A stretch of DNA of 64,000 nucleotides, from positions 38,316,001-38,380,000 of the forward strand of contig OY740790.1 of NCBI GenBank assembly GCA_963514005.1. The letters are read 5' to 3'. A program made the position numbers and the translations under genes. A model generated the notes under the pieces. It was not told the origin of the DNA, ran no database searches, and worked only from the letters and a program-made list of their open reading frames with translations. Below, piece after piece: positions 26,007 through 38,888 of the stretch. Source of the DNA: Raja brachyura. Taxonomy: Eukaryota. Position 1 is the stretch's first letter; each line of letters starts with the position of its first letter.

Positions 26007-28280
26007 AGAGGTGTTCCATACAAGGACATCCGAGATGTCCTAATTCTTTAGCGAAAAGGGGTTCCCCTCTCCCAATGAGGTGTTACATCCCCGGACATCC
26101 GAGATGTCATCATTCTTTAAGGAATGGGGGTTCCCCTCTCCCATCATTGATGAGGCTCTCACTCGTGTCTCCTCAGTACCCTGCAGCTTCGCCCTTGCTC
26201 CCCCTCCCCCTCCCCCTCCTCATTCACCTCCCCCCCCCCCTAGTCACAACAGAGACAAAATACTTACCTTTCCACTCATCAGCCATCGCATACAACACAT
26301 TATCCTCCTAAAATTTTCGCCACCTCCAACAGGATCCCAACACTAGTCACATCATCCCATCTCCACCCCTTTCCGCCTTCCACAGAGACCAATCTCTCCG
26401 CAACTCCCTAGTTAATTCATCCCTTCTCACCCAAACCACCCCTTGCCCAGGTACCTTCCCCTGCAACCGCAGAAGATGCATCACCTGTCCCAATACCTCC
26501 TTCCTCAATTCTGTCCAGGGACCCTGACAGTCCTTTCAGGTTAGGCAAAGGTTCACTTACACCTCCTCCAACCTCATGCACTGTATCTGTTGTTCAAGAT
26601 GTTGACTCTTACACATCAGCACGACCAAACGTCGACTGGGCGTTCATTTCGCTGAACACCTTCGCTCAGTCCGCCTGAAACATAGAAACATAGAAACATA
26701 GAAAATAGGTGCAGGAGTAGGCCATTCGGCCCTTCGAGCCTGCACCGCCATTCAATGTGATCATGGCTGATCATCCAACTCAGTATCCCGTACCTGCCTT
26801 CTCTCCATTCCCCCTGATCCCTTTAGCCACAAGTGCCACATCTAACGCCCTCTTAAATATAGCCAATGAACTGGCCTCAACTACCTTCTGTGGCAGAGAA
26901 TTCCAGAGACTCACCACTCTCTGTGTAAAGAATGTTTTCCTCATTTCGGTCCTAAAGGAATTCCCCCTTATCCTTAGACTGTGACCCCTTGTTCTGGACT
27001 CCCCCAACATCGGGAACAATCTTCCAGCATCTAGCTTGTCCAACCCCTTAAGAATTTTGTAGGTTTCTATAAGATCCCCCCTCAATCTTCTAAATTCCAT
27101 CGAGTACAAACCGAGTCTATCCAATCTTTCCTCATATGAAAGTCCTGACATCCCAGGAATCAGTCTGGTGAATCTTCTCTGTACCCCCTCTATGGCAAGG
27201 ATGTCTTTCCTCAGATTTGGAGACCAAAACTGTACGCAGTACTCCAGGTGTGGCCTCACCAAAACCCTGTACAACTGCAGTAGAACCTCCCTGCTCCTAT
27301 ACTCAAATCCTTTCGCTATGAATGCTAACATACCATTTGCTTTCTTCACTGCCTGCTGCACCTGCATGCCTACTTTCAATGACTGGTGTACCATGACACC
27401 CAGGTCTCGTTGCATCTCCCCCTTACCTAATCTGCCACCATTCAGATAATAGTCTACCCTCATGTTTTTGCCACCAAAGTGGATAACCTCACATTTATCC
27501 ACATTGTACTGCATCTGCCATGCATCTGCCCATTCACTCAGCCTATCCAAATCACCCTGCAGCCTCCAAGCATCCTCCTCACACCTAACTATACCCCCCA
27601 GCTTGGTATCATCTGCAAATTTGGAGATGTTGCATTGAATTCCCTCGTCCAAATCATTAATATATATTGTAAATAGCTGGGGTCCCAGCACTGAGCCTTG
27701 CGGCACCCCACTAGTCACTGCCTGCCATTCTGAAAAGGACCCGTTTACTCCTACCCTTTGCCTCCTGTCTGCCAGCCAGTTCTCTATCCACATCAATACT
27801 GAACCCCCAATACCGTGTGCTTTAAGTTTGTATGAACCTACCTGATCTCCCGGTTGCTAAACACTTTAATTCTTCTTCCCATTCCCACACAGACCTTTCT
27901 GTCCTAGGTCTCCTCCATTGTCAGAGTGAGGCTAAATGCAAATTGGAGGAACAGCATCTCATATTTCGCTTGGGCAGCTTGCAGCCCAGTGAATATTGAT
28001 TTCTCTAACTTCAAGTATCCCTGGCATTCCCTCTCTCTCTATCCCTCCCCCACTTGTCACCCAACAAACAGCTAGCAATGGCCTGTTTCCTTTATCATCA
28101 TTACTTTTTTGCATATCTTTCATTCATTGTTCTTTATCTCTCTACATCATCATCTATTTCTCTAGTTTCCCTTATCCCTAACCAGTCTGAAGAAGGGTCT
28201 CAAACCGAAACGCCACCCATTCCTTCTCTGCAGAGATGCTGCCTGACCCGCTGAGTTACTCCAGCTTTTTGTGTCTATCC
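26007..28280 (+). mobile_element. Penelope-like element 3' half (GIY-YIG endonuclease plus terminal module), interrupted by a CR1
   Basis: PGTFPCNRRRCITCP...FQVRQRFT.TSSNL.HCI.CSRC..L..S.TKRRLG..FAEHLRSVRL | LPDLPVAKHFNS.SHSHTDLSVLGLLHCQSE....LEEQHLIFRLGSLQP; module CTGAAGAAGGG at 28187. Confidence 0.9.
26680..27832 (-). mobile_element. Young 5'-truncated CR1 LINE with an uninterrupted RT C-terminal frame
   Basis: ORF 26780-27796 (SGVPQGSVLGP, FADDTK, LVRPHLEYCVQFW), frame open back to 27832; (TCTATGTT)n tail; TGAA on both flanks (26676-26679, 27833-27836). Confidence 0.96.
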
Positions 28281-28531
28281 GTGAGTAAAGTCATATAAAT
28301 TAGGGTAGAACCCCTTCTATGGAGCATCCTGTTTATTCCAAGGTGACATGAAAAGGCCAATAGAAATACTGAGATTTATTTACTTATGCTATTAAACATT
28401 CAATTCCCAGGCACAATAAAGAGAAATTATGTTCACAGCACTACCCAGAATTTCTGGGGCTTTACCCACTTGGTATTCCTAGCCTCACGTTGCAGTTTGC
28501 AAAGAGGTTGAATCACGGGATTTTTCTTTGG

Positions 28532-28622
28532 AGTCTAACCAATGTGTGTAGGAAATAATGGCAGATGCTGATTTAAATTGAAGATAGACACAAAATACTG
28601 AATTACTGCAGCATTTTGTGTC
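28532..28622. repeat. 91-bp copy of 33959-34049 (one mismatch)
   Basis: Direct comparison. Confidence 0.92.
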
Positions 28623-30589
28623 AATTTGAAGATACATCAGTGGATAACTAAAGGAAATATGAGAATATGAGCATTTGTGTCCCCTCCAGTAATACGTATG
28701 GGTGCTCCCCCAACACGGAGTCCGCGCAGGATCTTGCAGGCATGCATTGCTGATCAAGTGTCCAGCGGAGGGCAGGAGAGGTCTTGACCAAGAAGATGCA
28801 GTCAGAGACGTGAATTTCTCTCTTTAGCCTTCTTTCATTCGCCATTTGTTCCATCACCCAACCCAAGCCATTGCTTTTAGCGCAATATGCCCAGCACATA
28901 TCCAGCCATAGTTTCCAGGTCATTGTAGTATTAGTAGCCATTCTGTGACAGCAATGCTCACCGTAATGAGGCCATCACTTCTTCCATTGCGAACTCTACC
29001 ACAGCCAAATAGAACAGTGTTGACCAAAGTAAAAAAAAACATACCTTCCTTTAATGTATTATGCAAAGCTGCCTGACAGTTGCTTTTATCTGATTCTAAT
29101 ACTGTCAAGCAAAGCAGCAGGGTGTCCATCCCACATCTGATGTTATTCCTGCTCCTGTATTTTTACGTTTATCCAGGGCATAAGATCCCTTCTATGCAAT
29201 GGGATTACTTGTTATCTGTGGCAACTGATGAGCATGTTCTCAATAGGTTAGATTATAAAAGTTGGATTTTATACAGCATCATTTTAATGATAATTATATA
29301 GTCAAATTGAGCTTTTAATGTGGATAAAAATAACAGCAATTGTACTCAATAATTGCAAGATAACTATTACGCTACTTTTTGAATCACAGTTATTGTAAGA
29401 AGCAGTTTAGGTAGCAAGCAACTTGTGTACTCAAATCAAAACAAATTACATGGCTAGTTATTTTATTTGTTTGTGCTGCCACGTGGCAGATAACAAGAAT
29501 CCAAGAAATTTTCACCAGGCTATCATTAGGAACAGTTACAGGCTCCTCCGAATGTGCTTGTTACGTTTTGAAGAAGTGTCCTTACCCGAAATGTTATTGT
29601 ACATTTCCCTCCATGGAGACTACTAACCTACTGACTTGCTCTAGAAGTTTGGCTTTTGCTTAAGAATGTCAGTGTTGTGCTTTATATCTATGGCCATGCC
29701 CTGTATCTCATATTCATGTTCAGTTTGTGTAATGGTAAATCCAAGCAGAGTCATAGGCACTGCTGCAGAAGATTGGTTTGAGCCTCAAGGATTTACACTA
29801 AATCTTGTTCTCAAGGTGAAAATGTCCAAAGACCATCAATTGATTACTTTAAGAACATTACGAATACTCCTGAGAAAATATGTGTCTTCTTTGCCATCGG
29901 TTACAGACGAATTGAGGTGTGAAGTGAATCCTTTGTGATTTGCATAAATGATGGCACACCGTAATAGAATATTTGCATCATGTGATTGTTCAACAATCAC
30001 ACTCACTTTCAGGAATCCTGCCACCCTGTACTTGCAGATCTCTGTTAGAGTGCTGTTGATGGTCCATAGAAAGAGAATGAAATTTGATGCTCAAGCAAAC
30101 CGTGCCATAGCTTCTCATACCTGTTACACTCTTGATTGGCTAATATTTTCAATGTTTCCAGTGGCTGTTTGAAGTTATCTTAATACATCTAAATCGATGC
30201 AGTTGTCACTGCGTTGGTGCCTGGCTGCAAGCTCCTTTCTGCTGTGTAATGTTGCTTTTCATAATTGCTACTCTGATGAATTGAACCTCATTCTTGTACG
30301 GGTATATAGTACATCTACCTGAACATTCTGATTTTGAAGTACAAGCAGATTTTGATTGTGCCAGTTATCTGAGCTATATCATGATCTACTCTGACTTGTT
30401 TCTTTTCCTTTTAAGAAAAACAAAGTTTCAATTGATTTCCCGGACAGCATCAGATCAAAGTTGCAAAGGCTCTTGAACGCCTCAGTTAAAAAAGCTAGGA
30501 TGAATTAAATGCTTAGAAGCCTGAGCAATGGGTTCTTCTTCACAATGTCGTTATTGTCTTGTTAAACATTTTATTTAAACCTGTAGATA

Positions 30590-31200
30590 AATGAGAAGGC
30601 CGTTCAGCCCCAATGAGTCTACTCCAACTTTTTGTTGAAAAGTAATTCAATTAGTGCCTTGCAAAAGTGAAATATTGTGAATGCTGCAATCAGGTAAAAG
30701 GTCATTGACCTGAAACTTTAATTGTTTCTCCTGCTCCATAGTCCGTTAAGTATTTCCAGCCTTTTCTGTTTCAATTATATTAGTCTATGCCTTTGTTCTT
30801 TTGTATTCCTGTAATTTTTTTCCTTCAAGCATTTATCCTGTGTTGTTTTGAAGTACGCTGTTGAATCTGCCTCTCCCAATCAGTCAGGCAGTGCATTCCA
30901 AATCCCAGCCACATGTTGCAGAGACAAGTTGAGCTCATCTTTCTGGTGGGACTTATTTTCCTAATCATCTTGAATCTTTGTCCTACGATCCTTTAGAAAC
31001 ACTTTTTCGTTACCTACTTGAACTGAATAATTTATGGGTTTTTTAAACATAATTAAAGTAAACCTACTCTTCTTTTACCCCGTGCTGTAAGAAAAATAAT
31101 CCTTACTTCTCCATTGTATCCACGTGACTATAATCTCTTGTTCGTGGAAACTTTCTTGTTCAAACTCCAGAGATCATCTTCAAGTGAGGTGCCCAGAATT
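30590..31200 (-). mobile_element. Old CR1 relic with an embedded degenerate PLE module
   Basis: GGCAGTGCATTCCA, TCAAGTGAGGTGCCCAGAATT and other CR1 antisense remnants. Confidence 0.45.
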
Positions 31201-32366
31201 TAATATTATGGAAAGCAAAAATCCATTAAAAGAGCATTTTTGTATAAATGAACAATGTCGACAGGCAATGGAAGTGACAGTCAATGGTCAGTCTGATAGT
31301 GCTTCTGCCTCACAGCTTGAGTGACCTGGGTCCTGTACTGACCTATAATACTGTTTGGGGAATTTGCATGTTCTCCTGACTGTACGATTAATACTGGGTG
31401 CACGTTTCCTTACATCTTTTACATAAATACTAAACCTGATGGATGAAAAGCAGGCTGGAATTTAGGCTGCAGTTTAACAATATCATAATGCCAAGTGGGG
31501 AACAACTGCAAAAACTATTGAAAATCTGAACTAAATTAAAAAAAGCTAGAAATATTCAGCAGATCAGGCAGCACATGTACAGGAAGAGCAATGGAGTTAA
31601 GATATATTTCAGGTGGATATTTTATTTCCCTCTTATTTCTGGGTAAAGGTGACATGGATTTAACAGTAGTCAAAAAACAAAAGAAGCAGTCCATATGAAA
31701 ATCTTCAACCCGAACCATTAGTTCTGCTTCCTTCCCCACGGTTGCTGCCTGAACTGACAAGTATTTCCTGTGTTTTATACTTTCTTTTCACATCATTATG
31801 TATTGCTTTATTCATCTGCTTTCTCAATGTGGAAGGTATTTCCTCAACTAATTGAAATCCAAAAGAGAAAAAGTAGCAATGTGCCGACTTGGATGCTCAC
31901 AACAGATTTATTTCCAAAGAAAGTAAAAGTTATATACTTTTGTTTAATATGGAATAACACAAGGATTGTGTTTAATGTGCATTTTATTACATTCATTGCA
32001 GATACATTGATGAATTGAAATGAAAGGCCAGAATTTCATTGGAATTCTGGTTGATAAACTGTGTTATGTAGCTATCACCCATAACAACGAGTTAGCCTTG
32101 ACAAATGTGGAGTAGGAGAACATAGTAGATTAAGAATGTAGGACCTGTATACAACCTGTTTACAAACAACAGCACAAGCTTTTCCTTCAGAAGATGTAAA
32201 TACTTGAAACCCACAAGGAACAGTATTCAATGATGTTGACATTCAAGAGAGAAGTTCTTATTTTTAGGGTACTTATTGTTTCATAGTTGCTACTACTATG
32301 AATGTTATACTTCAGATAGCATCACAGGATAGCACCCCTCTTTATTGCAGCAAAGAAGGTTTTACT

Positions 32367-32586
32367 GATGTGTAGAAAGGAACTGCAGATGTTGGTTTAC
32401 ATCAAAGAATGCTGGAGTAACTCGGTGGGTGAGGCAGCATCTCCGGAGAAAAGGAATAGATGACGTTTCGGGTCGAGAACCGTCTTTAAACTGAAAGTTT
32501 GAGACTGAGGGGAGAGGGAAAGCTGACTCACTTCTTCTCTCCAAAGATGCTGCCTGTCCCACTGAGTTACTCCAGCATTTTGTGTA
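32367..32586. mobile_element. Fold-back PLE-derived mini-element
   Basis: AATGCTGGAGTAACTCGGTGGG.GAGGCAGCATCT ... AGATGCTGCCTGTCCCACTGAGTTACTCCAGCATT. Confidence 0.8.
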
Positions 32587-33972
32587 TCCCTCTCCCCGAC
32601 TGGTTTAACAGATGCTCTGCTTAGTATAGATCTACCAACAGCATTATCAGCAGGAAATACCACTTAAAGCATGAGAGGGTGCAATTTTTCCAATGACTCA
32701 TTCTCCCAAGTTGCAGAGCATTAGTGATTGTATCTTTTCATGTTTGCCAACAATATTTGACATCCTTTGCAGAATTATTACCCCAGGAACATGTAAATGG
32801 AGGATTACCATTATCAGTACAATCCCAGTTACTCATAGAGAAAATATTTGAGAAGCATAAATTACTTGACGTTTCCCCCTTCTGACACACATTTGTCAAA
32901 CAATGACAGTCAACGGCGGATGGCTGCAACACCTTCTCCGATTACCATTTTGACACAATGTCATATAATGATGCCATTGTTAAGGACCTGAATAAAAAGC
33001 ATGTAGAAAAAGATCAATAAAATAAAAGCATTCATCGTTAGAAAGGGAGAGAGTTGCTTGAGTCTCACTGTTACATTCATTCCGAGATCTCTGCATTAAA
33101 CAGGCACTTTTATATATTCTTTTTGCCAGATTTATGACTGTTGAATTCTTGCTGTTTGTATTTCAATGTTATCACTGCATATGTTTAGTGCATTTTTCAT
33201 TTGGTTGATAGACACTGCTTTTGAACAGTGATTGGCTAATGACAGGAAGACCTATTTGCATGTAAACTAACCTAATAGAATTGGGTTATGATTCTTATGG
33301 CTTGCCATTGTGTGTTATTTCTATGTTTGTCTTTTTGTGTTATATTATTTTCCTTGATTTTGAAAGATATTGTAAATCACTTTGTCATAGAATCAGAGAG
33401 TTACACAGCATAGAATCAGTCCCTTCAGCTATCATGTCCATGCTGACCTTTTTGCTCATCTATACTAATGTCTTGTGTTCTGTACCCTTCTGGGCCTTGT
33501 CCATTTAAGTACTTCTTTAAATGTTTCTTGAATGGTGCAATTATATATGACCCTTCAGCCCACCAAGTCCGTGCTGACCAACCATCGCCTACACACTAGT
33601 TCTATGTTTTCCCAGTTTCGCGTTCTACACACCAGGGGCAAAGTACAAAAAACATTCCACTCAAATCTCCATTAAAATTGCTTCCCTTAAACATATTCCC
33701 TCTTGTTTTTGACAGCCTTACCATGGGAAAATTATTCTGACTATATCCTCTCTGCTCATCTCAAAACGCAATATACCTCTATCAGTTACCCCTCAGGCTT
33801 TTCCACTCCCAGGGAAATCAACTCCAGCATATCAAATTGCTCCCATAACTAAAGTCTTGTAATCCAGGCAACATCATATGGAATTTTCTTTACTCCCCAA
33901 CATAACCACATTATTCCCATAGTGCAGCAACTAGAACTGCGCACAGTCCTACAAATGCAGTCTAACCAATGT

Positions 33973-34053
33973 GTGTAGGAAATAATGGCAGATGCTGATA
34001 TAAATTGAAGATAGACACAAAATACTGAATTACTGCAGCATTTTGTGTCTATC
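33973..34053. mobile_element. Internally deleted fold-back PLE mini-element with 17-bp TSD
   Basis: TGCAGTCTAACCAATGT at 33956-33972 and 34054-34070. Confidence 0.8.
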
Positions 34054-34145
34054 TGCAGTCTAACCAATGTTTTGTAAAGTTGCAACACGACTTCCCAACT
34101 TTTATATTCTGTGTCCAAACTTATGAGGGCAAGCATGTCATATGC

Positions 34146-34450
34146 TTTAGTTTACTTTACAGATACAGCACGGAAACAAGCCCTTCCACCCACTGAGTCC
34201 ACGCAGACCAGTGAACATCCCATACACTAATACTATCCTACGCAGTAGGGCCAATTTACAATTTTACTGAAGCCAATTAACCTACAAACCTGTATGGCTT
34301 TGGAGCAAGGGAGGAAACCGGAGCACCCGGAGAAAACCCACATGGAAACAGAGAGAACCTACAAACTCGCAAATACATCACCCGTAGACACGATCAAACC
34401 TGGGTTTCTGGTGCTGTAAAGCAGCCAGCAATTCTGCTGCTGCGCTACCC
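34146..34450 (-). mobile_element. V-SINE (HE1-like, tRNA-derived)
   Basis: V-domain reverse complement GGGAGGAAACCGGAGCACCCGGAGAAAACCCAC; CR1-like 3' tail; box-B-like GATCAAACC. Confidence 0.82.
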
Positions 34451-35204
34451 TTCTGCACCTTCTTCACCATCCTATTTATTTGTGCTGCCCCATTCAGGGA
34501 ACTATCAACTTTGAACCATTAGATCTCTCATTTGAACCATTAGATCCTTAGCGCCTTATCCATTTGCTTCATATATCCAATCCCTTCCTGCATGTCTTTC
34601 CTGAATGATCAATTGCAGCAACCCCGTAGAGTTGCTGTTTGAGGACTGTTTGAGTCACTGTTATTGAGGATAAATAGTCCACACCTGTGATTGCCACAGG
34701 TGGAGGACTTGCTTTATTGATGTAGCCATGGATAAGAACACCATTGACAAGAATAGTTATTGAACATACTCCATTGTCCATGAGAAGATGGCATGAGGAG
34801 TGCCTTAAACAACTACGGTCCATGCAATGCCACAGGTTCCTGTGGAAAGATGGAACATTCGGGGATTTTGACTTGGTGATGAATAAAGAATAACAACCAC
34901 ATTTTCAGGTCCCTATTACATGTAGCATATGAGGGTGCTTGAAAGTGATGGAATATTTTATTCCATTCAAAAAACTAATTCCAAGATAGTGTCATGTTAG
35001 TGATGATTCCATGCTGTCACTACTCTTCTGGGTGGTTAATATTGCAGGTTTAGGAGATGCTACTGAAGAAATGTTAATGAGTTTGAGCTGCCCACCTTGT
35101 GGATAGTATATGCTGTACACTCAACACACCCATGATGAATGTTTCATGGTCATTTGTCAATCCAACAGTCTGCTTTTCTAGATGGTAGAACAGGACATAC
35201 TGGA

Positions 35205-35670
35205 AGGATACAAAGTGGTGGAGTAATTCAGCAGGTCAGGCAGCATCTCTGGAGAATATGGATAGGGAACATTTTGGTTGCGACCTTTATTCAGACTGAT
35301 TGTGGTGGTGGTGGGGGGGAAGCCAGAATAGGGGAGAGGAGATGCAAACAGTAGCAGCTGGACACAGGCAAGGGGGATGTTTGATAAGCAGATGATTGGA
35401 ACAAAGGCTAGAGATAAAAGCAGAAGGTATGAGGCAGGATTGAAGAGTTGTGAACTGTGAAGCTTGTGCGTGGAAAGTAGCAGGAGGGGAGAAATATGTG
35501 GGAGTCTAGCTGGGGCATGGTGGGGGAGGGGGGATGAAAAAGCATGGTGTGGGGGAGAAGGGGAAGTGGGTTAGTACATTACCTAATATTGAAGAATTCA
35601 ATGTTCATAAAATTGGGTTTTAAGCTACCAATATGAGTAAGCTAGCAATATGAGGTGCTGTTCCTCATGT
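35205..35670 (-). mobile_element. PLE 3' end, older subfamily
   Basis: Terminal module plus reverse complement of EEQHLI...GSL.P..MNIEF. Confidence 0.65.
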
Positions 35671-37077
35671 TCACAGAGACAGGGAGGATTGGGGGAAACT
35701 ATTGGAAAGACTGTAATAGGTTCCAACTAAAGTTGTCTAAGTAACAATCACTTTTTTTTAAAAAGGCCGTTAGATACAAAAAACAAACAAATTGAAAATG
35801 AAAAGTTCAACTACATCTGTGAAAGGAAATGAAAGCATGGTTCCTTGGAATTGTTTAATTTGATTGTAAGTATCGAGGCCTGCAATGTGCCCGGAAGGAA
35901 GACAAGATGCTGTATCTCATTCTTATGTTGGCATCCTTGGATTTATATTGGAGAATGATGACAGAGAGGGCAGAGTGGGAATAGTTCAGTGAACTAAACT
36001 GATATTGACTGGAAACTCAGTGTCATGCCTGTGGACTGAACGGAGGTATTTTTCAAGTGGTCATCTAATCTGGTTTTTGTCCTGAATAGTGTTGACTTTT
36101 AAGTGTTGAATCTGCACTCATTCAGTTGATTACACTTTTAACTACATGAAAATGTGTCATGATTCCCACTGATGAGTGGGAGAATGGACGCCTAGGCATC
36201 TGTAAAGACTTCTCAGAGTTGAAGTTGTGCAGGAATAAATGAGAGTTTGACCTTAAACAGCCTGAAGAGGTTTCACTGGTTCATGCAGGCTGGTGCCATC
36301 TTGCTTTGTGTGAAACACAGTTGTTTCCATTTGAGTATATATGGCACATTCCTTCAAATGTAACAGTAATAACGTGAGATTTTTGCTCACTATTTTGGAA
36401 TATGCTGAAGTAACAATTTATCATAATAAAAAATGATTTAATCAATGTGATATCCTTCAGTAAAAGGCATTTAATAGATTACTTTATACTGTTTTACAAG
36501 GTATGTAAAGGTAATTGTTTCAGTTGTTTGGAGATTTTTCCTGCCACTGAAGATACCAAATTTCACAATACAGCATTTTGGGATAAATTAATAAAATTGC
36601 AACTTTGTTTGCCTTAAGTGGTCAATAGATGCAATTTTCCTTTTCTTCGTATACAATTTTTTGCAGCTTAACTTAACTGTTGGGATTGGCTGTTGACTTA
36701 TTCATGTTCTTTGTGGCTTTTCCCATTGGCATTTGGTCCAGAATATGACATCATATATGTCTAGTGAAATTAGAGATATAACAATTGTAGTTCCTAAATC
36801 TATAAAGTTTGTTATTAATATTAATCTATCAAATCGTGTGTGTCCTCAGTTTATCCAGACAGAGATGCCACATTATTGTCAGTTCTGCTGTGTGGAAGAA
36901 ATTGATATTTTTTCAAAAGTCACTATTTAATTTTATGAATGCCATAAGATTGTGCCTGCTTTGGGAAATAAATGTTGTAGTTTAGCTTACTGCAATATCA
37001 CATTTCATTCACATCGATGCTGCCTCCATTAACTATAATCGTTGCTTACAAATCCTTTTCTTTAGCTGTGGTTTTGA

Positions 37078-37311
<234 letters not shown>

Positions 37312-37840
37312 TGAACATAGATAGTGCTGGCCTTCTAAGATGGTCCAAGCAATAGGTCACATATCTAAACGCACAGAGATGTTAATGCGGAAAACTAGAT
37401 AGTTCATCCTTTTTCTAAATAAAGTTACTTTGCATCATTTTCATGATTATGAATGTAAAACATCAAACTTTACTAATTTCATTTTCCACTGAGCATAAAG
37501 ATTTTCCTCCTGCAATTATCTGTTTGCTGGCTTCCAGACAAATGGTGCCTTTATTTAAGTTGTTAAGTGACTTCTTCAACAGTGTGTTCTCCCTTAAACA
37601 ATAAACATAAGCAATGTGAAAACTGTTCAGGGTTTTCTTTGCATCTTTTTTCCGAAATAGTCCTGTGGTAGAGAATTAATTAGCAATGTACCTTTGTCCA
37701 TGATTTGGAATGAGACATCTGCTTAAGGCTTGTTAAATGGGAGACCAGCACAGGAAAACATAGTGGCCAACCTTGGACTCCCATCTGTGCTCTTGATACG
37801 ATTTTCAGGCCTGTCTCTAAATAGTAATCGGCTATTAAGT

Positions 37841-38888
37841 ATTGGAATTAAGTATGATCATATATCTCATGATTGTTTACTGAAGAATTCTACCAATGCT
37901 GAAAATACACAATCTGATGTATGACCCCAGAGAATGCCCAATGATTATTTCCCAGGGATACTTGGTGACCTTTAAAAGAGAGATAAGTTTAAGAGCGATT
38001 TTAAGGACTAGCAAGCACATTCATGCTCCTTCCTGACCTGGAAAATAAAGTATGTCCATGTCCAGACTATCATTATTCATTTCTCCATCCCAAAGGCCAA
38101 CAAAGCATTTTGGTAGAGATGCAGTTCCATGCAGGACTCAGCAGTGGTTTGCCATCTGAAACCTGCAACTCTAATATTCAAATGAGGCTCAATTCCTGAG
38201 GTCGACAACAATGCTGGAGAAACTCAGCGGGTGAGGCAACACCCATGGAGCGAAGGAATAGGTGACGTTTTGGGTCGTGAACCTTATTCAGATTCTTCTC
38301 AATTCCTGAAAATGGCTTACCTGGTTGTCAAGTATAGTGATGCACTGCTAAGCTAACACACACATAGGGTCCAAGTTAACAATCACACCACGACCCATGC
38401 AGGTGTCAAGCTTATTTTACTCCTGCCCGTCATTCAGTCAACAATTTAGTGTACAAATTGATCAGATATTGATCTGTCCACTCCCCACAAACATTATCCC
38501 ACAGTGTGTCAGAAGCTTGTAGTCCCACGCATCGCTGACACTCAGTCACTTGTGTGTTTCTGACTGAGATGCATGCTTTTGGGCTCTTCAGCTAATACAA
38601 TCATCAGGATGATAGATTAGAAGGCATAAGCATAGATCAGATTTTTTTAGGCTTATTCGTGGGATGGTGCAAGACCATTTCACTATTCCAAGCTGCCATA
38701 TTAGTGATAGAAAATAAAAATAAGTAAATCTTGCATGCATGAAGTATTGACAGATTGGGAGTTGCTATTTGCTTGTGAATGACAGTACATTTACTATATA
38801 AGGTTGTACATACATGTTCTGAAGTAAATTGGAATTAAGTATGATCATATATCTCATGATTGTTTACTGAAGAATTCTACCAATGCTG
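37841..38888. repeat. 61-bp identical dispersed direct repeat (37841-37901 and 38828-38888)
   Basis: ATTGGAATTAAGTATGATCATATATCTCATGATTGTTTACTGAAGAATTCTACCAATGCTG occurs twice. Confidence 0.93.
38200..38297 (-). mobile_element. PLE-derived mini-element with 12-bp TSD
   Basis: CTCAATTCCTGA at 38188-38199 and 38298-38309. Confidence 0.8.

Larger units (their letters stand above)
33385..34530 (-). mobile_element. Decayed CR1 region hosting a PLE mini-element and a V-SINE
   Basis: MLALIS...EYKSWEVVLQLYKTLVRL (ORF 33849-34136) is CR1 ORF2. Confidence 0.7.
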
